The notes under the pieces were generated by a model. The model searched no databases, was not told where the DNA came from, and saw nothing but the letters and a program-made list of their open reading frames with translations. A stretch of 63,867 nucleotides of DNA, the filler included, from Thraustochytrium aureum (lineage: Eukaryota), in NCBI GenBank assembly GCA_012862495.1. It is 5 parts of 5 records of this genome, joined end to end, with 100 filler letters (N's around TTAATTAATTAA, not from the genome) between each part and the next. Parts side by side here need not be neighbours in the genome. Positions count along the whole stretch, not along the records: positions 1 to 28,599 come from BLSG01000271.1; 4 more parts are not named here. One strand, given 5' to 3'. The first letter of the stretch is position 1. Each line of letters begins with the position of its first letter. The translations under genes and the position numbers were made by a program. This document shows, one piece after another, positions 1-11,997 of this stretch.

Positions 1-141
1 TCTTTTCTCTCTCTGTCTCTGTCTCTGTCTCTCTGTGTCGGGGCCCTTCCTCCTCCCGCGCCCCTTCCTCCTCCTGGCGCACCTTGCGGAGGGAGTGAGG
101 GAGGGAGGGAGGGAGGGGGAGGGAGGGAGGAAAGGGAGGGG
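1..141. repeat. Microsatellite/low-complexity tracts: (TC)n/(TCTCTG)n and (GGGA)n
   Basis: Directly visible: tctctctctgtctctgtctctgtctctctg at 1-35; gagggagggagggaggggga... at about 88-141. Confidence 0.85.
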
Positions 142-397
142 GAACGCTGAGGAACGCTCGCTGTGGCGGCGTCCCGTGCACGCGGGTGGTGTGCGGGTTC
201 TCCTTTGTGGGCCTCAGAGTCGCGTGTGGGTCGCGTTTTTCGCGTGTGCCTGGCTGTCTGGCTGTGGCTGAGGCTGCCTGGTACCAGCGCTCCAGAGAGC
301 TGGACTCGGAGTGGAGAGAGGTGCTCTGCTTGCAGCGGCGTCGCGTTGGAGGCCTCCCTGCTGGCGGGACTGGGGGCGGGCCGGGCGTCCCTCCGCG

Positions 398-1494
398 CTA
401 CTGGCGCTCGTCCCACGGTCGCCTCACAGACGCGCGGTCACTTGATGCACGACGTGGAGGGAGTTTTTGTGAAGGAGTCGTCGCGCTCCGGCTTGGTCTT
501 GCTGTTTTGCGGCCGCGCACAGGGCCTCGGCGCAATCTCGGGAGAAATGAGCGCTCCTTCACTAGACGCCACCGGTCCGCTCTGCTCTGCTCAGGCTGCA
601 CTGACGAGCACGTGAGCGTGAGCGTGAGGAGGTTTGTCGAGCGCCACAGGCTCGCTCCAGAGCGGGTTGCATTCTCTGGGCTCTGGCCAGAGATCACCAT
701 GATCGTGATGGAGCACGGAACAGGAACCCCAGGTCCGCAATGGCAGAGCAGAGCCTGACTGGGTGATTTGCTGCCTTGCGAAAGGGCGATGACGGATGAC
801 GGCGCGCTGACTCGTCGAGGGAGTACGGCGGCGTTGTACGAAACGAACCTCACGCCAACATCGCGCGGCCCGGTCTCTGGCCAAGTGTGCAGCACCAAGG
901 CGCGCTGGGAGCGAGCGTCCGGGTCGCGTCCTTCCGGCCAGGTCACGTCGAGACTCTCGCGTACTCGCTACAAGCACGGCTGGCTGGCTGGCTGTCGGCA
1001 GCCCGCCCGGAGGAGGAGGCGCGGATGCTGCCCGCCGCCTCCCCGGGTGGAGGTGCGACGTGCGACGCGCGCTGTTGCGCGGGGAGGACGACGTGCTCAC
1101 GGTGTGGCTGAACTTGCGTCGCTCGGCTTGTTTGGCGCGTCACAAGCTATCTCACAAGTTTGTAAACGTCCTGACGGGAGCGAACCTCACTCGAGGGTCC
1201 GAGTGGACCTGCAGGAAAGAAAGAAAGAAAGATAGGTGAGTACCTACTCTACCTAGGGCTGTCGATCGTCGGGTGCGCACAGAACTCTTGTGTGGATTTA
1301 TCCTTCGTTTTTCGGCGGGCCGAGCACAAATTTGCAGTTGGCGCGCAGAGTCCCATCGTGATGCATCGTGATGCATGCGATTCCTGTGATCCTTCGACAC
1401 GGCCGCCCTGAAGCGTGAGGTCGGCTCGGATGAGGGAGAGTCGCGTCAGGCTGCCAACGCGGAGAACGCGAGGTCGGAATGTTGGCGCTGCCAT
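398..1494 (-). CDS. Possible fragmented hypothetical protein gene (multi-frame, possible short intron)
   Basis: ATG at 1494. A minus-strand polypyrimidine tract ends in a CAG acceptor at 1209-1211. ORF 398-946 has protein-like composition. Frames cannot be joined unambiguously and no family was recognised. Confidence 0.2.
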
Positions 1495-2009
1495 GTTGGC
1501 ATTTTTCCTTTTGGGTTTGCTGTATGCGTCGCCACCGCGCGTCGCCCTTTTTCTCCTGTCTTCACGGTGAGGAAGAAGAACAAAGCTACCATGTACTCAC
1601 TCTCTAGTAGAGAGCAGAGTGGGACTCTGCCGAGAAACTCGTTTTACGCGTTTAGGACCTGTGCCAGCGGCAAAAGTGCGCGCTGGCTGCGTCACGCCGC
1701 GTGCGTTGGGACGGCAAAGCCTTGATGGTCCGAACGAGCCAGGCCTGCCTGCTGCCTCCTGGACTGCCGGCGTCAAAACCGGACGCCACGCCGCAGTCGC
1801 TTGCTGTCACGGGCCGCTCTGGCCCCGGTTTGGCCTGTACGCGGCGGGAAAGGCCTTTACCCACAAACAAGCAGCCAGCTCCTTCCGCTGGTTCGTTCTG
1901 TTCGTCAGCAGTTATCTTTCGTTTCGATTTGTTTTGGTTTGATTGATTTCTTGCTGACAGCGAAGGCGGATCGCTCGCAGGTCGAGCAGCGCGCGGAGCC
2001 GAATCGAGG

Positions 2010-2240
2010 ATGGACGGGGCCGACGGCCAAGGGCTCGCAGCGCTCGAGCTTCCAGTGATGCGGTTGACGCAAGCGATGAACGAGCTCAGCGAGCGAATGG
2101 AGCGCGCTGCGCAAACCAACCAGCAGGGGAGCGAGCTGGCCGAGGTGCTGAGCCGGATGGTCCAGGCGGCAGCTGCCGCAGACGCGAGGCGGGACCCACG
2201 GCATGAGAGCGGCAAGGACGCGCGCGCAAGTACGTTGTAG
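2010..2240 (+). CDS. Small (76 aa) helical/coiled-coil protein, possibly a DASH/Dam1-complex small subunit
   Basis: ATG-TAG ORF preceded by a T-rich tract, a GCTGAC branch-like motif (1953-1958) and CAG (1978-1980). Heptad pattern VMRLTQAMNELSERMERAAQTNQQ. Confidence 0.35.
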   Translation: MDGADGQGLAALELPVMRLTQAMNELSERMERAAQTNQQGSELAEVLSRMVQAAAAADARRDPRHESGKDARASTL

Positions 2241-3788
2241 GAAAATCGAAAATACCCACGCGCAGTTTTATGGCCCCGTCTCGAATCTAAGCCAACTGCC
2301 AGGCAGGCCGTTGCTCACGAGCTTTCTATCGCTGCTGCTGCTGCTGCTGCTTCGTGCGAGGCAGCCAGCTACGGCTCGACGCCCGCGCTCAGTCGCAGCC
2401 CGCGTCCCAGCTGCGATCCAGGCTGATCTCGCTCAGCTCGTCGTCCTCCGCCCGCCGCGCAACCCTGCCGCCCTTTGAAGGCGACGACTGCGCCGCTGGC
2501 ATCGAGCTTGCGCTGTTGAGACGCNNNNNNNNNNNNNNNNNNNNNNNNNNNNNNNNNNNNNNNNNNNNNNNNNNNNNNNNNNNNNNNNNNNNNNNNNNNN
2601 NNNNNNNNNNNNNNNNNNNNNNNNNNNNNNNNNNNNNNNNNNNNNNNNNNNNNNNNNNNNNNNNNNNNNNNNNNNNNNNNNNNNNNNNNNNNNNNNNNNN
2701 NNNNNNNNNNNNNNNNNNNNNNNNNNNNNNNNNNNNNNNNNNNNNNNNNNNNNNNNNNNNNNNNNNNNNNNNNNNNNNNNNNNNNNNNNNNNNNNNNNNN
2801 NNNNNNNNNNNNNNNNNNNNNNNNNNNNNNNNNNNNNNNNNNNNNNNNNNNNNNNNNNNNNNNNNNNNNNNNNNNNNNNNNNNNNNNNNNNNNNNNNNNN
2901 NNNNNNNNNNNNNNNNNNNNNNNNNNNNNNNNNNNNNNNNNNNNNNNNNNNNNNNNNNNNNNNNNNNNNNNNNNNNNNNNNNNNNNNNNNNNNNNNNNNN
3001 NNNNNNNNNNNNNNNNNNNNNNNNNNNNNNNNNNNNNNNNNNNNNNNNNNNNNNNNNNNNNNNNNNNNNNNNNNNNNNNNNNNNNNNNNNNNNNNNNNNN
3101 NNNNNNNNNNNNNNNNNNNNNNNNNNNNNNNNNNNNNNNNNNNNNNNNNNNNNNNNNNNNNNNNNNNNNNNNNNNNNNNNNNNNNNNNNNNNNNNNNNNN
3201 NNNNNNNNNNNNNNNNNNNNNNNNNNNNNNNNNNNNNNNNNNNNNNNNNNNNNNNNNNNNNNNNNNNNNNGCGCCTGGGTGGGCTTTGAAGGGAGTGGGC
3301 TTTGCTCCGGGCACAGCCTGCTCTGCTGCAAGGCTCTGCAGCGGGCGGGCACTCTGCCGTGGGCTCTCTGCAGCGGGATGGATCTCTGCAGGCAGCGTGC
3401 GGGCTCTGCCTGCCTGCCTGCCTGCCTGCTGCGCCTCTGCCCGGTGGGTGGGCTCTGCAATGGGCCCTCCCTCCCTCCCTCGCCGTCCCAAACCGCCGAT
3501 GATTTGGGCGATTCATCCACACTTTCGCACATTGCCCCGCTGTTTGTTTCAGGGGGATTTATGTCCGTTACGGCGAGGCGATGCGGCGCAGGCGCAGGCG
3601 GTGGATGTGTGGGAGGAGGATTTGGAGCGCCGTGTGATGGAGGCGGCCGGCCGGCTGCGTTCTTGCCTGGGACTTTGCGGCTGCGTCGTGCAGGAGTTTT
3701 TGTTTTGCATGGCCGGGCGGCCTGGGTTGCTTGGCTGCCGAGCAGGCTCGGACGCGACCGAGCTGAGGACGCCACGCGCAAGGACGAG

Positions 3789-5101
3789 ATGATGGACGGC
3801 GCGAGGGTGGACCAGGCGGGGTTCGAAGGACCTGTTTGCGTGCCGGAACTGTGCGCCAAGCTCGCGCGCCTGCAGGAAAAGTACGTGCGGCTACTCGAGA
3901 CGCTCGGCGACGCCATCGCGAGGGAAGACCACGCGTCCAAACGCGCACGCGAGCTCGAAGCCAAGCAACAGCAAGCCGTCGAGCAGGCAGTGAAACGAGA
4001 GCGAGAGCGGGCTGCTGCAGAGAGAAGGGAGGCCGAAAATGATTCGGTGGCGCGCGTCAACGCGCTGCTGCGGGAATTGAACGAGGCCAAGGCCGCCCTG
4101 TCACGGGCCAGCCAGGGGTCCAGCGAGCAAAGGCAAGCGCTCGAAAACGAGGCGCTCCAAGCGCGAGAGCAGCTGGACAAAACCGTTCAACTTCTCGAGC
4201 ATGGTCACAACGAAAGGGTAGCTGGCCTCCAAGCCGAGCTGCGCGAGGTGGCGCATGCGAGGGACGCGCTCCAGGGCCAGCTGGAGGAAGCCAACCAAAA
4301 GGCCCATGCAGCAACTCGGGCGAGCTCTTCCACACACGAGCAACTGCTTCGAGCGCGCGCAGATGGCGAACAATCCGCTGCTGCACTGCACGCATCTCAG
4401 CTCGCGGTTGCAAACGCAAACGCAGAGGCCAAGCGCTTGCGCCAGTCCTGCCGAAGCCTCGAGACGGGGCTCGAGCAGGCCAAGGAACAACTGAAAGAGG
4501 AGCAGTCGCGCAATCTCAGTCTCTGCACGGCGTTGGGCCCGCCAATCAGCAGGAGCGCCGCTTGATGGCAGAGGCGAACAGCTTGCGAGCGGAACTCGAC
4601 CAGCTTCGCGACCGTTTCGAGCGAGCGTCGCTGGGCAACGGGCAGTCCAGGTTTGGCGAGTATGTCGAGATGAAGACGGTTAATAAGAAGCTCACCACCA
4701 AGGTGCAGCGCATGAAGCGCAGGCTCAAAGCCTCAGAGCCGCACCGCCGCGACACGCTCAGCTCGGTAGAGTCGATTGGCTCCTCGCTGCATTACGACCG
4801 GGCGTCCTCCGAACGGCCGCTTCTGCTCCTAGAAGGAGAAAGTGCTGCAGCAGAACAAGACGGCCCCTCGTGCGACGCGCCCCGCCAGCGCGGGTCAAGC
4901 GAAAACCAAGAGTCCGACCACCACTCGCTGACGATGCCAGAAATCCGCGGCGCAATGCGAGGGCCGAGTTCCTTTGAGTCGCGGGAAGCGCCAGACGGAG
5001 CCATGCCGCGCCAGCAAAGAGGCCGAGGGCCGACTGCATTTGAGCGACGCAGGCCGTTCGAGATGACGATGCCTGGCAGCTCGTTCTTGACTGCGAGCTA
5101 G
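3789..5101 (+). CDS. Coiled-coil hypothetical protein (one apparent frameshift near 4540)
   Basis: Long E/A/Q/L/R-rich heptad ORF. LCTALG continues as ANQQERRLMAEANSLRAELDQLR in the adjacent frame (ORF 4562-5101). Confidence 0.65.
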
Positions 5102-5366
5102 GCGATTCTTCGCCCGCCGCGGTGCTGCAATCGGGAGCTTGTCTCGGGCGCGCCAGGGTGCGCTTTGTTTTGACTCCCGCAGTCTGCGTGACCCGGGCGT
5201 GCAGGCTCGACGAAGGACCGGCCTTCCCTGAACAACAAGACGAATCGAACCGACGAGTGACGATGATGATTGATTTTTTGTTGAAACAAGAGCTCTGGAG
5301 TGAGGAGGACAGGGAACGCATCCCGGGGCCCGCCGGCTCGATCGATCGGTCGATGCCCAAGCGACG

Positions 5367-7136
5367 CTACTCGTGCTCGCCATCCTCGAAAAAGCGCCCC
5401 ACGTTCTTCTTGTGGCCGTAGGGCATATCCACCGAAACAAACGGAACGTAGCTGCCGTGCCTGGCAGCCATGTACTCATAGGCAACCCAGGCCACCGAGC
5501 TCGCGAACGAGCCGACAAAGCCGTGGCAGTGCGCCATAATCCAAATGTCGCTCGCGATCTCGTTGATCTTGTCAGGAGCATTAAACTCCGTGCGAACGTC
5601 GACACCACTGCTGTCTCCGGTCTCGTAAAACGTGCGGTCTATCGGCTGGTACACCCAGTTGAACTCGTCCTTAAACTGCTCCGTTTCCCTGATTACGTCT
5701 GGGTCGTCCGTTGCAAGAAAGACGTGGTCGTACTTGCCGTAGCGAGCCACGAGCTTGCGCGCCCCTCGCACAAAGCTCTGAAGCGGAAGGCAAACACGGT
5801 GATTCTGAAACTTGTCGTGGCACGAGTCGCCGTGTCGCACGTGAAGTGCGAGGCAGCGGCCCTGCGTGAGGCCAAGCTTTTCACGGCGCGCCTCGTGCGC
5901 GTCGCGAGTTCGCGCGTCGCGCATCAAAAGGTAGAGTGACTGCATGTGCATCCACAGATAGCCGTGCTTTTTGCGCAGCTCGGGCAGCTTGAAATGGATC
6001 TTGTTGAAAGTGTTGTGGGGATTTTCTTCCCCGGGCGCGTTGTTTGCAAACCAAATGTGATCCCCAGACAGGGCCTTCATCTTGTCCGCCTCCCACGTCT
6101 GGCGATGGGCCAGTTTGCGCTGGATCGTAAAGTCAAAGGCCGAGTACGGCTTGCAGTGAAAGTAGAGCGCGTCCGCCGCCGGCAAATAGCCGTCGTCGCA
6201 CAAGCACCTCCCGTACTCCTCTACGTACGTGCCGTGCGGGCGGCAGATTTGGTCGACCGTCATGACGGTTTCAGAGCCGACTCCGATCCCGTACACGAGG
6301 ACCTGGTCGCGTGGGATCGACTCAATCTTGCAGCTCGAAAGCTCGCTCAGCTCGCACGAATAGCCCCTGCCGCACCTCATGTCCGAAAACCTATACTTTG
6401 AATTGCTGGTCACCACGGGGACGCCGGCAGCCCAGTGGTTTCCGACGTTGAAGGAGAAAACGAACAGATTGTAGGCCCAGCCGTGGTTGAGCCAGCCCAC
6501 TAGCTCCCACTTGGGCTTGGACGCGTTCTTCCGTCGTCCCGACCCGCGCCGCTTCATGTCCTCGCCGTTCTTGTCCTTCCCCATCGACCAGTCGGGCTCG
6601 AGGAAAACGGACGATTTCGGCTTCGAGCAGTCGTCCGGAAACTGCAGCCTTCGCACTTCGGCTTGAAACGCGGCCGCGTCCTCGGCCCACTCTACCGGCG
6701 GGAACCGCGACACACAGTCTTGGATCCACACGTCGGGAAGGTACTCAATGTCCTTGGAAATGTGAAATGCGCAGGTCAGCTCGCCCGTGATTGGGTGGAC
6801 CGAGGTTGGCATGTGCCCGTTCGTGGGGCATCCCGACGAGTACGTCTCGGCGACCACCCTGCAGGCCGCGTCTGAGAGCGGCGTGAATGTCAGGCCACTT
6901 CCGAACGCAGAGCTGACCGTGCCGTTGCGCTGCGTGCTACGGCCGACAGCGCCGCGCAGCGGACGCCGCAATTTGCTGGTGACAACATACTGCGTCGTCC
7001 TCGAGTACACTAGCAAGGCCAGGGCCGTCGCTCCGAGCAGCACCGCGCGGAGCAGGTCGCGTCGCCTGTACGTCGCGCCGCCCACTTGGAGTTTGACCTT
7101 TTCCAGCCGGCTCAGCGACCTCTGCGACATGGTCAT
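5367..7136 (-). CDS. Alpha-1,6-fucosyltransferase-like (GT23/FUT8/NodZ family) type II membrane glycosyltransferase
   Basis: N-terminal TM (LLRAVLLGATALALLVY). Fucosyltransferase motifs LALHVRHGD, VFLATDDPDVI and CHGFVGSFASSVAWVAYE. Confidence 0.85.
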   Translation of the reverse strand: MTMSQRSLSRLEKVKLQVGGATYRRRDLLRAVLLGATALALLVYSRTTQYVVTSKLRRPLRGAVGRSTQRNGTVSSAFGSGLTFTPLSDAACRVVAETYSSGCPTNGHMPTSVHPITGELTCAFHISKDIEYLPDVWIQDCVSRFPPVEWAEDAAAFQAEVRRLQFPDDCSKPKSSVFLEPDWSMGKDKNGEDMKRRGSGRRKNASKPKWELVGWLNHGWAYNLFVFSFNVGNHWAAGVPVVTSNSKYRFSDMRCGRGYSCELSELSSCKIESIPRDQVLVYGIGVGSETVMTVDQICRPHGTYVEEYGRCLCDDGYLPAADALYFHCKPYSAFDFTIQRKLAHRQTWEADKMKALSGDHIWFANNAPGEENPHNTFNKIHFKLPELRKKHGYLWMHMQSLYLLMRDARTRDAHEARREKLGLTQGRCLALHVRHGDSCHDKFQNHRVCLPLQSFVRGARKLVARYGKYDHVFLATDDPDVIRETEQFKDEFNWVYQPIDRTFYETGDSSGVDVRTEFNAPDKINEIASDIWIMAHCHGFVGSFASSVAWVAYEYMAARHGSYVPFVSVDMPYGHKKNVGRFFEDGEHE

Positions 7137-9104
7137 CTTCTCCTCGCCCTCTTAGGCACCAGCGCGGCGTGTGGCTCCAGTTGGGACGCGCCGCCGCCGC
7201 GGTGGGCCAGCCACCCGAGCTGAGCTTCCTTCCACGAACGACCGTGCGAGCGGCTTCCCTCGCACAATTGGCCAGCAAACCAAACAAACAAACTTTCGCG
7301 AGCGCGATGCACGGAGCGCGACGAGCCCGCACAGCGCGCGCAGCTCTGACAGCCTGAGCCTCGCGACTGCCAAGGCGTTCGCTCGTCCGCGGGCGCCGGC
7401 GCTTGGCGCGGATGGTCAGATCGGCCGCGTTCGAGGATTGCCTGCCTGCCCAACGCGAGCCTGACGATGCTTTCCGTCTTCGAAAAGGGCATGTGCTACT
7501 CACCCACTTGCACTCGCACTTGCACTGCACAGCCGAAGGAGTGATTCGTTCAGACTTCAGAACAGAACAGAACAGAAACTTTCTGCGCCCTCACATGAAA
7601 CCAGCGGTGTGCAGGCCATTTACTCGCTGCTTTGCATTTCCTGCCGGCCTGCCCTCTCGGAAGCGTTTCGTTCTTTACTTGTTCTTTTCGTTCGTCCCCC
7701 TCTGCGGTGGAGGAGAGGGCGAGAAGGTGTTGGGCGAGGTGGAGGAGGGGCTCGAGTCCACTGTGTGGAGGTGAGCCGTCAAGAGTCGGGTCGAGAAACT
7801 GCGCTTCGTAACGTAACGGCCTCGCGCTTGCCGAGTGGCGGAGCGAGTCGAGTACTCGGTTGGGCGCCGTGGCAACCGCGACGATGGAGACGCGCACGAC
7901 TCGGGACTGATCGAATCGATGGGGCCGGCCGATCGGATTGATCGATCATCCGTCCACTGCCGGCGTGCCGCGCTGGTCGGTCGTGCGCAGGTGGAGGACG
8001 TGGCCGCTTCCACGTGGCGGCGGCGCACGGGCTTCCGTTGCGGTTGGTTGGTCCCACCAATGAGCCAAATCGACAAGACGAACGTTGTCGAGCGAAGCGG
8101 ACAGGGTTACAGATAGATCTGCCTCGCCACGAAGGAGCTCAGGTCGAATCATTCGTAAANNNNNNNNNNNNNNNNNNNNNNNNNNNNNNNNNNNNNNNNN
8201 NNNNNNNNNNNNNNNNNNNNNNNNNNNNNNNNNNNNNNNNNNNNNNNNNNNNNNNNNNNNNNNNNNNNNNNNNNNNNNNNNNNNNNNNNNNNNNNNNNNN
8301 NNNNNNNNNNNNNNNNNNNNNNNNNNNNNNNNNNNNNNNNNNNNNNNNNNNNNNNNNNNNNNNNNNNNNNNNNNNNNNNNNNNNNNNNNNNNNNNNNNNN
8401 NNNNNNNNNNNNNNNNNNNNNNNNNNNNNNNNNNNNNNNNNNNNNNNNNNNNNNNNNNNNNNNNNNNNNNNNNNNNNNNNNNNNNNNNNNNNNNNNNNNN
8501 NNNNNNNNNNNNNNNNNNNNNNNNNNNNNNNNNNNNNNNNNNNNNNNNNNNNNNNNNNNNNNNNNNNNNNNNNNNNNNNNNNNNNNNNNNNNNNNNNNNN
8601 NNNNNNNNNNNNNNNNNNNNNNNNNNNNNNNNNNNNNNNNNNNNNNNNNNNNNNNNNNNNNNNNNNNNNNNNNNNNNNNNNNNNNNNNNNNNNNNNNNNN
8701 NNNNNNNNNNNNNNNNNNNNNNNNNNNNNNNNNNNNNNNNNNNNNNNNNNNNNNNNNNNNNNNNNNNNNNNNNNNNNNNNNNNNNNNNNNNNNNNNNNNN
8801 NNNNNNNNNNNNNNNNNNNNNNNNNNNNNNNNNNNNNNNNNNNNNNNNNNNNNNNNNNNNNNNNNNNNNNNNNNNNNNNNNNNNNNNNNNNNNNNNNNNN
8901 NNNNNNNNNNNNNNNNNNNNNNNNNNNNNNNNNNNNNNNNNNNNNNNNNNNNNNNNNNNNNNNNNNNNNNNNNNNNNNNNNNNNNNNNNNNNNNNNNNNN
9001 NNNNNNNNNNNNNNNNNNNNNNNNNNNNNNNNNNNNNNNNNNNNNNNNNNNNNNNNNNNNNNNNNNNNNNNNNNNNNNNNNNNNNNNNNNNNNNNNNNNN
9101 NNNN

Positions 9105-11997
9105 CTAGCAGCAACCAGTTCATGGAGGAGGCGGACAAGGTTCAAGCGCAGCTTGACCAAGAGCCCGCGTGCCAAGAGCATGTGAAAAGGGCCATCGACA
9201 GAAGCCTGAGCTTCTCCCTCAAGGAGTTTGCCTTTTACCGGATGGACTACCTCCTGAGCACGCGGTCCTCGGCCAAGCCCGTCGCGCTCCTCATTGCCAC
9301 CTACCTGCTCATCATGGTGGGCTCCATGCTCTACTATGTCGTCGCGGAGGACTCTTCGGCCACCTTTAGCGAGGCGGTGTGGATCAGCTGGACCTTCGTA
9401 GCCGATCCGGGCACGCACGCCGAGCAAGCCGGCCTGCTCTCCCGCGTCGTGGCGCTCCTCCTGACCATGGGCGGCATGCTCATCTTTGCGCTGATGATCG
9501 GCATCATTGCCGACGGGGTCTCCGACCTCCTGGACGACTTGAAAAAGGGCCGCAGCCGCGTAATCGAGAGCGGCCACACGCTCTTGCTCGGATGGTCTGA
9601 CAAGGTAATTCCCACCATCCGCGAGCTCGCCATCGCAAACGAGAGCGAGGGCGGCGGTGTGGTCGTCCTCCTCGCCGAAAGGCCAAAGGCGGACATGGAG
9701 GCCGAGCTCAGCGCCGCGTTCACCCCAGAAGCGCTGCTCGGCACCGAGGTGGTGTGCCGCTCGGGCTCCCCCCTGATCATGAAAAACCTCCTCAAAGTCT
9801 CGGCGCAGACCGCCAAGGCGGTCATCGTGCTCTCTGACCCCAACGTCGACCCCGACGAGTCTGACGCGCGCGCTGTGCGGATTGTCATGAGCCTCACCGG
9901 CATCCACGTGCGCGCCCACATTGTTGCCGAGATGTGCGACGTGGACAACCGCGAGCTGGTTTTACTCGTCGGCAAGGGCAACGTCGAAACCGTCGTCGCG
10001 CACGATATCATCGGCCGCCTCATGATCCAGTGCGCGCGTCAGCCTGGCCTTGCGCAGATACTCGAGCAGCTCCTCGGCTTTGACGGCGACGAGTTTTACC
10101 TCGCCGAGTGGCCGAGCCTTGTAGGCAAGACCTTTCTCGACGCCTCTTTCGCGTTCGACCAAGCTGTTCCCGTCGGTGTTAAGCCTGCTGACCCTGAGGC
10201 TGCGGCTCGCCAACTCTACGACATCGCGATGCGCACGCCCACGCCTGAGCGCGAAGAAAGCTTTCGCGAGACTAAAACGCCCAGCTCGTCCAATGCCGTC
10301 CTTCATACCGCAAGAACCGCGATTGCGGCTCATCGGTACAATGAGGTGGCGCGCTCGCGCCGTGGGGTACATTCTCGACCAACCAGGCAGATGGCGATGC
10401 GGACACGGGTTCGAGCCGCCAGCATGACGCGCCAACCTCGAACCCAGATGACGAAGATGACGAGGACGACGAGGACGACGAGGACGACGACGAGGCGGTG
10501 GTGGAGGCGAGCTCTGGTCACCGTGAAGGCGGCCAGAGCCCGCCGCCCTCGCTAAAGCTGACGACCACGGGTGAGACTGGCAGTGCATGCCACGACGCCG
10601 ACGACTTGTCAGCGGGCGCGGCCGCCGCCATGAGGGGGCGGTGCGATTCCGTCAGCTCTGTGTTTGGACCAGGCCCGCGGTCGATGCTGCTCAACCCCCC
10701 GAACGACTACGTTTTGCAGCCCGGCGACGAGGTGTTGGTGATCGCAGAAGACGACGACTCATACGCCGTGTCTGAGGGCGACGCGCCCTCCGAAGCTGCG
10801 CGCAAAGCGCGCATGAGCGTCTCCTCGCAGCACCCAATGCTCGTCGAGCGGGTGCCGGAGCGCTTGCTTTTCTGCGGTTGGCGCCGCGACATGGACGACA
10901 TGATCAGTTCGCTTGATCGACTCGTCGAGAGCGGCAGCGAGCTGCACCTGATGTGCACCATCCCGGTCAAGGCCCGCCTCAAGCGCTTCCGCGAGGCCAA
11001 CAAGCTGGACGTCGACTCGCTGCGCAACATCACGTTGTTCCACAAAGAGGGCAACCCTGTTCTCCGGCGGCACCTTGAACAGCTCGACCTTGAGGAGTAC
11101 AGCTCTATCTTGATTCTCGCGGACGAGGCCTTCGAGACCAACATGCAGACTGCCGACTCGCGCTCGCTAGCGTCCCTTTTGCTGATCCGCGATATCATTA
11201 AGAAGCGCGGTGCGCGGGTCGACGATGGGACCGTGCCGTGCGCCAGTGCTCGCGAGCTCGCCGCGTACTCGCACGGGCACGAGGATCGAGACAGAGTCGT
11301 TCGCGGCGTGCCCACGGTCGACCTGAGCGACAGTGAAAGTGACTTGAGCGAGCCAAGCCGCCGCGGAGGCCGCCAAATTGGCTCGCAGAGCCGCGCTGCC
11401 CCGTCCCCGGCGTCCGCGGAAACCTCGTCGGACGATGGTCTTAGCGACATGATCGCCGACATCCGCTCCGGCAAGGGGGCTGGTGCAAGCATTGGCCCCG
11501 GCTCGCCGCCCCATAGACGGCGCTTGCAGCGGCGCACGACAGAGCAGAACCGAGCGTCCATCCGCAGGGAGTGGTGCCCGCGCCTGCACAAGAGCGAGCA
11601 GGAGGAGCGCGGAACCACCATCATCAGCGAGATTCTCGACTCGCGGACCAAGTCGCTCATCTCTGTGGCGCAGGTCAGCGACTATGTGATGAGTAACGAG
11701 ATCGTCGCGTGCGCAATGGCCATGGTCGCGGAGGACCGCTCCATCAACGCGGTGCTCACAGAGCTGCTGAGTGCGTCAGGTTCCGAGATACAGGTCACGT
11801 CGTGCCTCGAGTACTGCGAGGCCGGCGAGATCCTCGATTTCTGGACCATTATGGCGCGCGCGCGCAAGCGCTCCGAGATTGCCATCGGCTACAAGGCGCT
11901 CAACGACGCTGAGACCTCCATCAACCCCCGCGACAAGGCCAAGCTTCGCACTTGGGAGCGCGGGGACACTGTCGTGGTGCTCACCACAGTCGCCTGA
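9105..11997 (+). CDS. CASTOR/POLLUX/DMI1-family cation channel (5' end in gap; frameshift at about 10345-10390)
   Basis: Motifs WISWTFVADPGTHA, VVCRSGSPLI, VVAHDIIGRLMIQCARQPGLAQI, LLNPPNDYVLQPGDEVLVIAEDDDSY, LLFCGWRRDMDDMI, SRSLASLLLIRDI, IISEILDSRT and VMSNEIV..AMAMVAEDRSINAVL are collinear with plant DMI1/POLLUX (TM-pore-TM plus two RCK domains). Confidence 0.92.
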
